Source of the DNA: Eledone cirrhosa
Lineage: Eukaryota
Assembly (NCBI GenBank): GCA_964016885.1
Contig: OZ024742.1
Span: forward strand, 103,292,001-103,356,000
Direction: 5' to 3'
Length of the DNA: 64,000 bases
Shown here: piece by piece, positions 14,295-29,310 of the stretch
How positions within the stretch are numbered: position 1 is the first letter of the stretch
Layout: the number at the start of each line of letters is the position of its first letter
Program-made: the position numbers and the translations under genes
Notes under the pieces: generated by a model
Told to the model about the DNA's origin: nothing
Seen by the model: only the letters and a program-made list of their open reading frames with translations
The model's database searches: none

Positions 14295-15020
14295 GGCACG
14301 TAGCTTGGTCGTGAGTTCGATTCCCAGACCGGGCGTTGTGTCTTTGAGCATGGCACTTCATTTTACTTTGCTCCAGTCAACTCAGCTGGCAAAAATGAGT
14401 TGTACCTGTAATTCTAAGGGAAACAAATTGTCTCACACCATATTACACTGAATCTCCCTGAGAACTACGTTAAGAATACTTCTGGTGATAACCGTTAAAG
14501 CGTCGGTCAAAATGTTTTACAGTATTTGTTCCGGGTATATACATTCTGAGTTCAACCTATTGAGGTCAACTGTACCTTCCATCCTCCCCGAGTCGTAACA
14601 GTCAAGTTGAATCAACATTTCACGCCCAGATTACTGGCCTTGTGCCTAAAGTAGAAACCATTATTATTAAGGTGAAGTGGATTGGCAGTATCGGTAGAGG
14701 GTCGGACGCCATGCTTTGCAGCACAGTTACGTCCCTTTACGGACTGAGTTCAAATCCCGCCGAGGTTAACTTTGCCTTTCATCCTTTCGGGGTCGATAAA
14801 ATAAAGTACCAGTAATACACTGGGATAATTGCTGGCCTTGTGCCAAAAGTAGAAACAATTATTATTAAGGTGAGGAGGGGCAGTGGATCGGCAGTATCGG
14901 TAAAGCGTCGGACAATATGCTTTGTCACATAGAATTACGGCCCTTTACGTTCTGAGCTCGTAACTTACTGGGTCGATTTAATCAACTTTCCCCTTCCTTT
15001 CAAATTTCAAATATAGAAAC
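14295..15020 (+). mobile_element. Cluster of SINEs: one OR/CORE-like followed by three tandem OK-like copies
   Basis: gagttcgattccc..tctttgagcatggcactt (CORE-like), then repeated OK-like bodies ending in gcctaaagtagaaac attattattaagg. Confidence 0.7.
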
Positions 15021-18000
15021 ATTTATTTAGTGCAACAAAGTAGGACAATGACCATATAGTTTAGAAACCACCCAGAAGAGCGTAGGTTGATACATACCAT
15101 GTTTAGCCTTGAACTTCAGTAGGTCAATGCCTATAGAAAACAAAACAGTATGTTAGTTTGGGAAAATTGTTCAGTAAGGATTTTGAAGGAATGAGACATA
15201 GCATATATGACGGAAGGAAGAAAGAAGGGTAAATGAAATGGTATGTAGGCGAGAGAGAAAGACAGCTTACTAATTCGGAAAAACAAATATTTATGTATTT
15301 GTGATAGAAGAAACAAGAGGCGGGCGTAAGTCTTTCAATGGGATTGCGGTTGTAGTGACATCAAGTGCGCATGAACCAGTAAACGAAAACAGTACGAAAC
15401 TGGGGATGGGGTCTGAGATATGTAGATTTTCAGCATATATTAAAAAAATCTTCTTTTTCTTCTTGAGAGGGTCGTTAAGACCGAGTCCTCAGACACGCCA
15501 TCCAAAGGGTCCTATCGGTTAACTTACGAGGCATTGGGAAATTCGAAGTTTGAAAATATAGTTGCCACAATGCAGATAACTATAATAGTAATTGATTACA
15601 ATAAATACTAGTTGAACAAATCGAGCAAATAACTCTAGAGACGAAAAAAAGTGTACATTGACGCCTGTGGGAAATCGAACCGCGCATTTCCCGTACGCCG
15701 AGCGAGCGCGTTAAACTGTCAGGTTAAAAGAAATTATGAAAGAAGAAATTTTTATCCCAAAAATTTCAATTAGATTATATAATGTTTACAATAAAAAAGA
15801 AGACAATTTAAATAATAAAAGGAGCGGGGACGATCTGCTGCACCCCTCGAAGAAAATGGCGGAGAATAGTTAGCGATACCCTCGAAATAATTCTAATGTT
15901 AAAAACTGAAAGCTTAGAAAATCCACTCATTAGAATGGTATTAAAGCACTGAATCCACACTACCTAATTTGTGTGAGAAACTTATCTATAACAAGAGGAA
16001 ACCCCACCTGAATACATTGAATAGCATCTTACTGGAAAAATTAAAAAAATGAGACATTGTGTGAATTTCTTTTAAGGAATCCGGATAGAATCGCGTAATC
16101 ATACATTTTCAAAATATTCGGACTGTCACGTGATTACAAATAATGGTATAGTATGAAATGATGGTATTTTAGTGATAGCTTGTCGTGTATTTGTCAAGTC
16201 AAGTACCATGCTGCACACTCTCACATGTAGTGGTGAATAAGACTATAAATGAGAGGAAAAGGAGGGAAAGAGCAAGGATTATTAAGGAGCAAAAGAAAGG
16301 GAGAAGAGGAGAGGGTGTCAGACTCTACACCTAAGTCAAAGTGGTGTTTCGGCTGCACCCCGCGGACAGAATGGCAAACGCAATGCCACGGACAATGGCC
16401 AGCGACCCCTGCTGCAACAGCCACCCCACATCGCGGGGCTCCTTCCTTAGATAGGTTGCTCTCATAGGCTGCTCTCCGGTTTTTATACAGGGAGTTGTTT
16501 TCGTGGTTATAGTAGCAAGCATGAAAGTGGCGATTTGACAGAGTTGCTAGAACGTCGAATGGAATGCTTTGTGGTATTCGTTCCGGCTTTCAGCATTCTC
16601 CGAATTCAAATCCCGCCGAGGTCAATTTTGCTTTTCATCCTTTCGAGGTCGATAAAAAAAAGCATCAGTCTTATATTAGGATCGATTTTTCCTCTATATA
16701 TCTTTTACCCCATTCCCCCCTCTCTCTCTCTCTCTTTCATTCTAAAGGAGTCGGCTGTGTTCAGACTTGGTGAGGGATGAGTTCCACCAGGTTTTAAAAT
16801 GCCCGAGAAACATCGTATGTCACTATAGTGCCCCTACGGTTCCATCGAGAGTCACGGGTCCAAACATACATACATACAAGCATACATAAAGCATACATAA
16901 AGCATACATAAAGCATACATATATACATACATATATACAACCATACATAAAGCATACATATATACATACATATACAACCATACATAAAGCATACATACAT
17001 ACAGTAGTATGCATAATCCTGTAGGTGACATTAGCTATGTCAGACTAAGCATTACATTTAAGGGTAATGAAGAGTAAAATAGATCGAGTAATGGACAAAA
17101 TACTGTGTGGCATTTAGCGATGTCCTTTTACTTTCTGAATTCAAATTTCGTTAAATTCAACTTCCTCTTTATCCTCCCGGGGTCAATAAAATAAAGTACC
17201 AGTCAAATATGATCAACTACCCCCTCCCCCAAAAAATGTGAGGCCTTGTGCTTCTGTTAGAAACAATATTTTAGTTAATCTATTAGAATCTGCAATGTCT
17301 TGCAATTCTAAGTTCAAATTCCAGTTATGTCAACTACTTACGTCTGGGTATTTAACGCCCTGGGCTAAATTTACAATGAACGCCAGATTCTCCCAATTAT
17401 AGCGCCTAATTCTCCCTAATAAAACAATTTCAATTTAGCTCTGTAAGTTGACGAACCGAGATTTTGACACTTCTTACTCTGACTATACTAAGAAAATTAC
17501 TAAGCTTGAATTTTCTACCACACAACCCACACTCACTCGCACCAAATCATGTGATAGGTCACCAAATCATGTGATAGCCCTCTCCGCCGCTTTGGATATT
17601 TCCACAACGTTGCTATGCAGTTAATATGTTTAGCAGATAATTTATTGATCCTAGAAAATTGTAAAAGACTTCATTTTAAATTTGTATAAAACTGCGATCC
17701 TTAAAGGTTCATTGATTTTCCTTTGTGAGATCTGTACCATAGGCTACCTTATTGGTCTTAACGATAGCGCCGGCCTTTCCCTTTCTTTAATTAAGTTATA
17801 TCGTTAAGATAAGGCCTTAATGGTAATGTTGGCTTTACTTTTTCTCCACTTAAGTTAAGCCGTTAAGATAAATATCAATATAACACAGAAATTAATATAA
17901 TCGATTGATTGGATGTTCAGTTCCTTATATGATATATGAACGTCATAATTTTTTATTTCCAGTTGTCATATTCTCATAACTCAAATAGATCATGACAACC

Positions 18001-18439
18001 GTATTATCTGTAACAATAATAGACTAGTTAACAAGTTAAATAACAGGAAGTTAGGATGGTTGGCAAAGTATTTAGAGAACTCACTGATCAATGTGTGGCT
18101 AGCATTAATTATGACTGTTTTAAAAATAGAAACACTTAGCTTATATATAGATATCCCTGTTTAGAGTACTTCTATTTTTAGTAATCTTTCGGCCATACAT
18201 CATCGAGGACCGCACTAACAATACTTTTTTCCGGAATGTTACTACACAATATGTATTTGTGTGAGACTTACATATAAGGAGAAACACGAAGTTCTTAAAC
18301 TGAAGGAAATTCCTAAACCGGATGCTACTGCTACATTTGAATGTAGCTTATAACCCTTTTGACGCCAACCACCTTTGCTTCTGTGAAATAAAACTACTGA
18401 TTTCAAAGGGTTCATATGGGAATGTTCACATTTAATTTT

Positions 18440-18680
18440 ATATAAGAACGTTAGGAATTAAATTAAGTGCTTCGAAAACTGAGACACTCGTTCTCTCAAG
18501 GAAGCCTGCACAGTGAGTGGAGTTCCACTGAAGCAGGTGCAAAAGTTCAAGTATCTCGGGGTCGTGTTTACGAGTGATGGAAGGCAGGAACTTAATTAAA
18601 TTATCAGAAGGGAGGTAAGTATACAAGTCAAACCCTTACCTATGGTCGTGAATCTTGGGTTATGGCCGAAAGTATTGGAC
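18440..18680 (+). mobile_element. Decayed RTE RT C-terminal fragment
   Basis: Translates as KQVQKFKYLGVVFTSDGRQ and later LTYGRESW. Confidence 0.65.
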
Positions 18681-19331
18681 TGGTACTTTCTTTAATGACA
18701 TCAAAAAGGTGAAAGGCAAAGTTGACGTCAGTGGGGTATGAGTCGTGAGCTCCCTGAACCGGAATAAATAACATTCTGCCAATTCATTAAAATACCTTGC
18801 GATATTTGTTCAAGTTATCGGCATTTTGAGTTCAAATCCTGTCAAAGTCAGCTTTGCCTTTAATCTTTTTGGGGGTTGATGAAATAATGTATCAGTCTGT
18901 GGCGGTTGGTTAGCGGAATTGTGAGAGCGTCTGGCATGATACTTTCCGGTATTTGTTGCAGCTTTCTGCGATCCGAATTCAAATCCTGAGATAGACAATC
19001 AATCACCGGTTTATCACTACCATCTGGCCACTGGGTGGTTTTAATGAAGTCTATCTGTTGCGAACTTTAAGATTATCTCAACTTCGGTTTGAGGGTACTT
19101 TCCTCCTTCCCACTCCCTGAAACATAAGTATTACATGTGTAAAGTTTGAAAATAATCGGTTGGGTGGTTGTCGAGGTTTAGGGATTCAAACTCACACACA
19201 CACATACATCCTCAGTTTTATATATATAGATATATAAATCTACATACGTACATACAGACATTTAGGCATGTATATAGCTATGCATTTATACATTTGTATA
19301 TATACATGCATTTATATTTAAGTGTGTAAGG

Positions 19332-19441
<110 letters not shown>

Positions 19442-19558
19442 TATATATAATACACACACACACATATATATATATATTTTCTTTTTTCAGTCTGGTCTAA
19501 CGTGTACCAAACACACACACATTTCTTACCCTCTCTGTCCTTCCCTCTTTCTCTCTTC

Positions 19559-19624
<66 letters not shown>

Positions 19625-19658
19625 GATATTAATAAATGGAAACTATATTTAAAAAACC

Positions 19659-19713
<55 letters not shown>

Positions 19714-19751
19714 ATATATATATATATTATATATATAATATATATATATAT

Positions 19752-20673
<922 letters not shown>

Positions 20674-20783
20674 ATATATCCGCCGAGGTTAACTTTGCCT
20701 TTCATCCTTAAGTACCAGTAATACACTAGGATAATTGCTGGCCTTGTGCCAAAAGTAGAAACAGTTATATATATATATATATA

Positions 20784-20977
20784 TTTTAATATAGATGAGA
20801 TTCTACAGGACTAGAACTGTTTCATTCTTTAGAAATCATCAGAGATTCCTGATGATTTCTAAAGAACGAAACAGTTCTAGTCTTGTAGAATCTCATCTAT
20901 ATTAAAACTTTTATACTCTGCAATGTATTGAGTACCTTATTTACTGTGGTTACCTCCGAGTCAACCCGGAATAACGT
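20784..20977. mobile_element. Head-to-head inverted pair, family B, both arms starting at CTGATGA
   Basis: tcatcag ends at 20842 and CTGATGA starts at 20849. The arms are homologous to 6776-6951 and are flanked by TA. Confidence 0.75.
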
Positions 20978-21024
20978 ATATATATATATATATATATACG
21001 TTATTCGTTATATATATATATACG

Positions 21025-21137
<113 letters not shown>

Positions 21138-21252
21138 TAGAAGGTGTATTTCATTTGTTGGAAGTCCGACAAATATAAATGTTTATAACTGATTTAGATT
21201 TTAATATGATTGTATATATATATATATATGGCGTTGTTATTTGGCATTATAT

Positions 21253-21432
21253 GGCGGTGAATTGGCAGTATCGGTAGAGGGTCAGACATGCTTTCCAGCG
21301 TAGTGACGTCCCTTTACGATCTGAGTTCAAATCCCGCCGAGGTTAACTTTGCCTTTCATCCTTACGGGGTCGATAAAATAAAGTACCAGTAATGCACTGG
21401 GTAATTGCTGGCCTTGTGCCAATAGTAGAAAC
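21253..21432 (+). mobile_element. OK-like tRNA-derived SINE (well preserved copy)
   Basis: GGCGGTGAATTGGCAGTATCGG (A box), GAGTTCAAATCC (B box) and the family body through gccaatagtagaaac. Confidence 0.85.
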
Positions 21433-21517
21433 AGTTATTTGGCATTGTTGAAAAGAGCAGTGGCCTTTGACCTGGTAATAAAAACTGGAGACAAATTTTT
21501 TCTGTACCAAAACCAAG

Positions 21518-21549
<32 letters not shown>

Positions 21550-21592
21550 GTTTGTGTGTGTGTGTGTATGTGTTTGTGTGTGCGTGCGCGTT

Positions 21593-21630
<38 letters not shown>

Positions 21631-23018
21631 TATCTATGTATATATATAAGGGATACAGATATGGCTTTCTCACCGTCACCAATCTTCTCAATTCATTCGT
21701 TGCTACGAGGTATTTTATTTTGCAAGGTACTATTTTTCCCCTGAGTTTGTGATTTCAGAGAAAGGTAAGAAATTCTTCATATTTTGCATCTTTTGTATTT
21801 TGACTTTACTGTTTGAATTGTAGAATTGTCTATCCACTCAAAATTTAAAAAAAAGCTTTTTCGACTGAGATCAACTCTATTTTTTTTTTTTCAAAAATAT
21901 ATAATTTGAAATAGCTTTGGACTGAAACTTTTTTGTATTTAATTCGTGCGAGTATTTTTTAAAGATTCTAACATAACTTGATTTGGCCCAGTAATCTAAT
22001 CAGTAGTATATTGAAAAATGGAAAAATAGGGTAGGAGAGGGGGCGTTTCGTGATTTCGAGGGGAAAAAGGTGGCGTTTGGCCGAAATGGGTTGAGAACCT
22101 TTGATCTAGACAAACACGAAATAGTGAAGAGGTGTGGGAGAAAAAATAAGAGCGTGAACAGACGATAATTAAACTAGTAAGTAAGCAGAGATTTAGTTGA
22201 GCCGTTATGGCGTCGGATTGAAAATGCCTTTGTATTTGATCTACCTTACTGCATTCTGAGTTCAAATCCTGCTAATGTCAACTTTGCCTTTTCTTTTTTT
22301 TATGGCCGATAAATAAAGTGCCAGTACAATACTGAAGTCGATTCTTCATTTCTTTCTCTGGAAAAACAACAACTGTATTTTTCCTGGAAAGAGATGGGAT
22401 CTGCCATGTGAAAAATAACCAAGATAAAGCCATGTGTCAAACCTAAAGTAAGAAGAAAAGAAGCCAGCATTGAGTGGAGACATGAAAAGAACTAAAGTAA
22501 CGAAACGTTTTTTTTAAAAAAGATACACCGTATTAATAAACACACATTGATTAATAGACAGGTGTGTAGGTGCGTATGTGTGTATGTATGTATCTGTGTG
22601 TGTATGTATGTGTGTGTATATATGTGTGTATGTCTATGTGTCTATGTGTGTGTGTATGTGATGTATGTATGTGTGTGTATGTATATGTGTGTGTGTGTTT
22701 GTGTACTTATCTACAGGATCATGTACTCTTAAAGTAATGCTCAGGAAGATTCAGCGTGACTGTGTATCAAAACTGGCCCCTTTCGCCAGCTGCCTAAACT
22801 GAAGCAACGTAAAATGGTCAGGACTCAACGCGCCGGGAATTGAACATACATTACGATCGCGAGGCCACTTAACTTCATGCCTACAGAGAGGGAGAGAGAG
22901 AGAGAGAAAGAGAGAGAGATAGGGGGAGGGGCAGGTAGATTAATGAACACATGCAAGTCTCAAATGAAGAGAAAATGATAGCGAAAGGAATAGCAATAGA
23001 AATAAAGAGTAAGGGAGT

Positions 23019-23053
<35 letters not shown>

Positions 23054-23342
23054 ACTAAATTTCCCTTGGGTCAAGGCAGAAAGTTTCATCGGGGCGTATT
23101 ATTGCATATTATTTATGGTAGTAAAAAACTTAATTTGGAGCCCTTTAAAGATAGTGGGGCCCATGATTATAGCTAAGTTTGCCTCCGTCCCTTGCCTGTA
23201 ACTTGGATTACAAAATTTAAATCTTTCCTCATTATATAGTTAAATTTAAGGGGAGATAACTAAAGTAACAAGGAGAGTGTGAGAAAAAAGGAAGAGAACA
23301 GAGAGAGGAATGAGAAACGAAGAAAAATAGACCGAGAGCCAA

Positions 23343-23382
<40 letters not shown>

Positions 23383-23795
23383 ATGAAAGAATGAAAGAAA
23401 GAAAGAGAGCGATCGTAAAAGAGTTACTGATAGAGAGATAGAGAGTACAAGAGAGACAGAGATTAGAGAGAAAGAAAGAGGGAGAGAGCGAGAGAATGAT
23501 AATAAGCAAGCGAGGTGGAGGAAGGTGAGAAAGAGAAAGAGAGAGAGAGAATCATATAGTAAAAATAACACACGTTGCAAAATAATGTTTAAAATATTTA
23601 ATAACTGATGTCGCTGCTTTGGCACAGAGCAGAAAGCTATTCTATTTATGCGAATGAATGTAGAAAAATATGTTGGATATGCAATTAAAAACAAATGTAC
23701 TAATGTGACTAACATCGGCGCACTTGTAGAACACCCACTCTCTCTGCCCCCCCCCCCCCATTTTTTTCTAGTAGGGATTAGAAATATGTCAGGGC

Positions 23796-23831
<36 letters not shown>

Positions 23832-23921
23832 GGAAAAATTTGTGCGCGTAGTTGTACATTCATATATATATATATATATATGAATACACAACTACGCACA
23901 CACACATATACACATATATAT

Positions 23922-23961
<40 letters not shown>

Positions 23962-24209
23962 GTAGATTTATCTAAAGTTATTGTGAGTGTTATATGCTGT
24001 TATTTCGGATAGAATGCCTTGCGGTATTCGATCCGACTCTCAGTGCACTGAGTTCAAATCCCACCAAGTTCATCTTTGCTTTTCATCCTTTCGATAAAAA
24101 AAAGTACCAGTTTAATACTGGGGTTGATTCTTCCTCTATGTCCTCTCTCTCTCTCTCTTTCTCTCTCTGCCGACCTACCTCTCCTCAATCTTCTCCAGTC
24201 TCACTCTCA

Positions 24210-24725
24210 TCAGCGAGATCCTCAGCCAGACGACAGAACTTGCCGTGACCCAAATATTGGAGCAGCCAGTGGCCAACTGGACCAGCGAAGGTCTCTCCGT
24301 CTCCCAGTATACAAATGTCCAACGTAACGGGGACGATATCGTGTGCAGGGCTACCTTCTGGCCTGCACCCATTACCATGCCGCCAGAGCGCAGGCCGGTT
24401 CCCTCGTCATGTCACTCTCAACAACACAATGAGAAGGACCCTGGACGCAGCCGGCTTCCCATCACAACTGGAGGCAGTAAGCCTCGATCATGCTGACGGC
24501 AAGCGCCCCAACAGAATTACCCTATTCCCTTTCGATGGAGGTAAATCTTCATCTGGGATGCGACATGATGTGACACGTTCTTCCCATTCAACTTAATCAC
24601 CTCGGCCACAAACTCCAGTACTGCGGCTCGCAATGCAGAAAACAGGAAGAAAATCAGATACCGGAGCTTGTCCGGCCGCTTTTTCTTTGCACCGGTCACT
24701 GTCGAGACCTCAGGCGTCCACAGAA
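24210..24725 (+). mobile_element. CRE-clade non-LTR retrotransposon 3' fragment (restriction-like endonuclease)
   Basis: RHVTLNNTMRRTLDAAGFPSQLE..DGKRPNRITLFPFDGGK, then after a frameshift WDAT, AENRKKIRYR and FAPVTVETSG. This is the CRE-type RPD..D..E pattern, degenerate. Confidence 0.75.
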
Positions 24726-24754
24726 CCCGGACAACTTCACCACGTTCTATGCAT

Positions 24755-24944
24755 GTCCACGAGGAGATGAGTTAGGACCTCCCTCGAATGGAAATCAGAA
24801 AGGAGGCATGGCAGACATGTCAAGCTCTGGTTGAGGTCTGTGGAGAAAGACCTGGGAGCAGGCCTGTGACAAGATTTGTGATCGTGCGGGATGGAGATAT
24901 CTCGCCATCCAATGTTCTAAAGAAGAAGAAGAAGAAGAAGAAGA
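24755..24944 (+). mobile_element. RTE-like 3' end with (AAG)n tail
   Basis: Degenerate LEW..RRRG...W..SVEKD..DRAGWR-like coding ending in an (AAG)n tail. Confidence 0.5.
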
Positions 24945-25918
24945 ACGCTCCCCCTGAAGTATTTATCCCATAGCTATATTGTTGATATCCATAATAAGTA
25001 ATTTCCTTCAATTTCTATATATACAGATAATCTCTAAAATCGTTATCACTTATTCGTATGCTTCAAAGAGGAGATCTAACAAGATAGAAACATGTCCATT
25101 GCTTTCATCAGTTGGTTTTAACGACAAGATCCACTTTCAACAGTATCATCTTTATTTTGATAAAAAAAAAAGGAAATGATAGTATTGCACTTATCTCCCT
25201 TGTTTGTTGTTTTTCAGATTTTAATCACCCTTAGATGGAGGTTTTGTCTTCTAATTGCAACAGAATTGTTTTACTTACTATGTTACATTTGTGAGGCTTT
25301 ACTATGTGTGTAAAGCAGAATGTAAAGCTGATTCATTTCTGAATTACAATAGCATTATGTTTTAATTTTTGTAGATTTAAATAGGCGAGGGATGAATATT
25401 TCCCTGAATAGGATGCATGCATATCAGAAGAAACAATTTCCACTGGATGAATTGAACTCAGCACTGCAAGTTAATGCATTCTTCTTCAGATTAACAATGT
25501 TGCCGCTGCTTGGAGCAAAGAATTTCTCCTCACCTGAGGCACCTATTTACAGAAAGGTGGACTAGCCTATATGAAATCTAAACGTTCTAACCACGCAGCA
25601 CCGAGAGAATAGGACGAACAACTGATTTCTAGACCGTCCATGCGTAACCAAAATGTCAGATATTTCTTACTATTTCTGTCATTCCATGCCCATCCCCCCT
25701 CGCTCGTACACTATTAAAAAGTAAGCATATATTATTGTAAACTGAATACAAAAATGACGTCAGAATAGAAATAGTGTCTGGCGCCCAAAATACCCTCAAC
25801 CCGCTCTGAGTTGGGAGATGTTTCTTATAGACGATATCCATCAATAAGCATATATTTATTTGAAATTATTTAGACAAATTTACCAATTGAGTAGATATGG
25901 TTAGCGCTGCCTGTTTAA

Positions 25919-26147
25919 CCCTTTAATGTTCAAACCGGCCAGAATTCTCTACCTCTTTCTGTTCAAACTGGCTGTAACTGGCCACTCATACTGATGTTAA
26001 GGTATTGTTCTCAAAATAAATACTTTCAAAATCTCATAGATTCGATATTATGTGAGATAATTATGCGCCTTTACCATGAAAATATAATTATCAGCCTTTA
26101 CCATGAAAATATAATAGTATATATAGAGTAATGTGAATGCTAAAGGG
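25919..26147. mobile_element. piggyBac-like MITE
   Basis: TTAA on both sides (25915-18 and 26148-51). Terminal inverted repeats CCCTTTAATGTTCA / TGAATGCTAAAGGG. Confidence 0.75.
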
Positions 26148-26259
26148 TTAAGCAAGACCTGAGATGGTGTCGACTGTAAACTAATTAGGCAATATATGAA
26201 ATATAATTTTGTTATATCTCACGATGATGCGCTGGGTTGAGAACACCGTACAATGGATC

Positions 26260-27125
26260 ATATAGATATATTTCTTTATTAGCCACATGAAACAAACAAA
26301 TATAACACTCGAAATCCCCAATAGGAGGGAGGCGCCACAAATGGGTTGTTTAATACCCCGTAGATAGAACAACTCTCAACTTCAAGAGCGTGTTGTGCAA
26401 GTGATCCTTTCTTCCTTTTGCTCTCTTCTTCAACCTACATGTTATATACAGAGAAGACCCAATCACTCAGTTGTTCTGCGTAGTTCCACAGGTCGGTTAC
26501 GCCCGGGCAGTGTACAATTACGTGCAAAACGGTTTCAATGTCCTGCCTGCATCTTGGACACGTCCTCTTGGAAGGATCCCTGCCGGGGCGGCCGTGCCTG
26601 TAGATCTTGTCACGAACTGGTAGAGCTCCTCGGTAGCACTGCCAGGCCAGGGACCTCTGGAAGTTGTCCATAGGTTCCGGGCGAAAAGTCCTACCAAACA
26701 GACTGGTGAGTTCGTAGTCTTCGACGCCTAGAGTCTCTCCGAGCACGTCGTCGCCCTTGTGACGTACTAACCCTCTATAGAATGTCGAAGTGGAGTCTCC
26801 ACTGATTGCCGTGCCCGCTTGACAGAGGACTGTGAGCGCCTGAGCGCATTCAATGTGCCAGGCGCCCATCTTCTTCAGTCTCCGCTTGACCCAGGACTGC
26901 AGCTCCGTCAGCGAGACAAGTTGCGGAAGCCCTGCCTCACAAACGGTGCCCACACAGGTTGGGGGTCGGTGAGGAATACCTTTAGATGCCGTAGCCTCAG
27001 CGAATGCTTGCGCATCATCAGCAACGGCATTCCCAGCCCTCCGTTGGAAGGGTGTTAACAGCAGACGGATCTCCTCATCAGTGGAGCCTGCTTCTTCCAA
27101 AGGAACTGGAAGAGCATGCGTTCCG
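26260..27125 (-). mobile_element. Tx1/L1-clade LINE 3' fragment (ORF2 C-terminal zinc knuckle)
   Basis: ORF 26435..27151 contains RSLAWQCYRGALPVRDK..CPRCRQDIETVLHVIVHCP..LW (CxxC..ET..H....C). Confidence 0.75.
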
Positions 27126-27149
27126 ATAAATAGACAATTAGACTCACAC

Positions 27150-27497
27150 ATTTCTCATATGTATGTATGAATGGGCGGAAGAACTCATAAGAGTCAACGG
27201 CCATCCCAAAGTGTGTAAATATATATATACACATGTACCGCGCGGTTAAACCACTGGGAGTGAAGGACCCCTAGCCTTTGTCAGGGCATTCTTCCAGGAG
27301 AAGGCAACTCAGGAAACTGATCTTTTCTTCTTTTCGGCTTATAGCTACTGTCGCTCAGAGAGTGGGATTGGCTCAGTGCGTCTTTCCTCACTTTAAAATA
27401 TATCTTCACGCACAGGCATTGCACGATAGAATTAATTAATTATTAATAATGGTATATCGTGCAATGGCCATACTCGATAACGAGGGGGCAACATCAT
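27150..27497 (-). repeat. Interspersed repeat anchored in (TACA)n; related copies at 32628-33190 and 33260-33660
   Basis: Shared blocks gcccccctcgttatcgagtatgg and gcaatgcctgtgcgtgaagat..cactgagccaatcccactctc. Each copy starts immediately after (TACA)n. Confidence 0.7.
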
Positions 27498-27520
27498 ACA
27501 TGTATGTATGTATGTATGTA

Positions 27521-27553
<33 letters not shown>

Positions 27554-27594
27554 CATGTTAGAAATGGGTGTTTATATGGGTGTTTATATTCGTC

Positions 27595-27697
<103 letters not shown>

Positions 27698-27824
27698 TGG
27701 CGATAGCCGCCTGAATTTTTGCATAGCTACGGCTTTCTAAATGTTTATATATAAATATACCGTATTTCTTTAGAAATACGAAATTCCAATACATATCTGT
27801 ATGCAGCTATGCTCGAAGCTAAAT

Positions 27825-27945
<121 letters not shown>

Positions 27946-28325
27946 CCTGTTCGAGTGTTGGTCCAGCTCTAAATGCCAAAGTTTGGTGCTAGTCCCTCCA
28001 GGATCTTCCATTTGTATATCATTGCGTATCTCTCCTGCCTTCGTTCCAAGGAGTAGAGTTTCAGTCTTTTTAGCCTCTCCCAGTAGCTCATCTCCTTCAT
28101 TGTGGCAATCCTCTTGGTATAGCTTCGTTGGATTGCTTCAAGAAATACTCACACACACACATATATATCTCAAAATTATTTTTGAAAAGCATTAGAAATG
28201 CGTAACCGGTAAAAACTTAAAACTAAAACTGAATACTAACCAATACTTATTACTAATTTATACTTATTCCTAATTAAACTACTTTTCACTGGGAAAAATT
28301 TGTCAGCATTTTCTTTTCCTTTTTA

Positions 28326-28343
<18 letters not shown>

Positions 28344-28363
<20 letters not shown>

Positions 28364-28619
28364 AAAATGGAACGGGAACAAAACAGAGAGGCAGTACAAA
28401 CAAAGGTTTATTAGTTTCACGCTCTTGAGAGTGAGGGGGGGGGGACGATGTTTAGCGCATAAGCCCTTCTTCAGGAGAAAAGTGGGTGGGAAGAGAGTTC
28501 CGAGGGTGTGTGGGGGAGTGGTGGAGAGACATTTAGAAAAAAGGGGGGAAGAGGAAAGGGAGGAAAAACGGTGGAAGGGGTACAAATAAAAATAAAAATA
28601 AACATGAAGATAAACAAGT

Positions 28620-28620
<1 letters not shown>
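28344..28620 (-). repeat. TA-flanked repeat family with an HHR-core-like motif (family E); copies at 37095-37190 and 44185-44480
   Basis: Shared aacaaaacagagaggcagtacaa..tttcacgctc. The minus strand has CTGAAGA/CTGAGGA-agggc ttat gcct-GAAACGTC in the 44274-44304 copy. Confidence 0.55.
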
Positions 28621-28665
<45 letters not shown>

Positions 28666-28667
28666 AA

Positions 28668-28867
28668 GGCGTGTGGCTGAGTGGTTAGAGTATTGGATTT
28701 ACAATCTTGAGATTGTGAGTTCGATTCTTGTTCGATTATGTCCTTGAGCAAGACACTTTATTTCACGTTGCTCCTTCTACCTGGAGTTGCGACCGATAGA
28801 TAGTACTAGCAACTGGAAAGACCGACGGAAACATTGTTTCCTCAGTCCGATTTGACGAAAGTCGATC
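28668..28867 (+). mobile_element. tRNA-derived CORE-like SINE (OR-like); copies at 38176-38388 (-) and 62780-62980 (-)
   Basis: GGCGTGTGGCTGAGTGGTTAGAG (A box), GAGTTCGATTC (B box) and CORE-like tccttgagcaagacacttta. Confidence 0.75.
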
Positions 28868-28875
28868 GGAGAAAG

Positions 28876-28907
<32 letters not shown>

Positions 28908-28951
28908 ATGTGTGTGTGCGTGCGTGCGTGTGCATGTATGTGTGCGTGTAA

Positions 28952-28991
<40 letters not shown>

Positions 28992-29310
28992 GTGTATGTG
29001 GGCTATATTTTGTAAACAAGAAAGGTGGCCGGAGCCTAAATTCCCTATTAACATCCTAAGATACCTGAAACATCTTCAACAGAAGAAGAAGGTCAGCAAC
29101 TATCTCGAGCATGAAAATAACAATACTGTTAGGATGACCATTGAACTCGAAGAGAGACATGAAATGAAAGCTGACACAGATCTCTTTCCCAGGAACATTA
29201 GAAAACTCAATGCTCTAGCAAAATAATGAAACGAAACAGTTCACTGAGAAGGTTGTACATGGGTACTTGTGACGAAAAACGCAAACCGTAGAGGTGATAA
29301 AACCATACTA

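Noticed and set aside
15659-15725. Possible tRNA gene on the minus strand (ggttcgatttccc B-box-like motif)
   Set aside because: There is no complete cloverleaf or acceptor stem. More likely a SINE head or tRNA relic.
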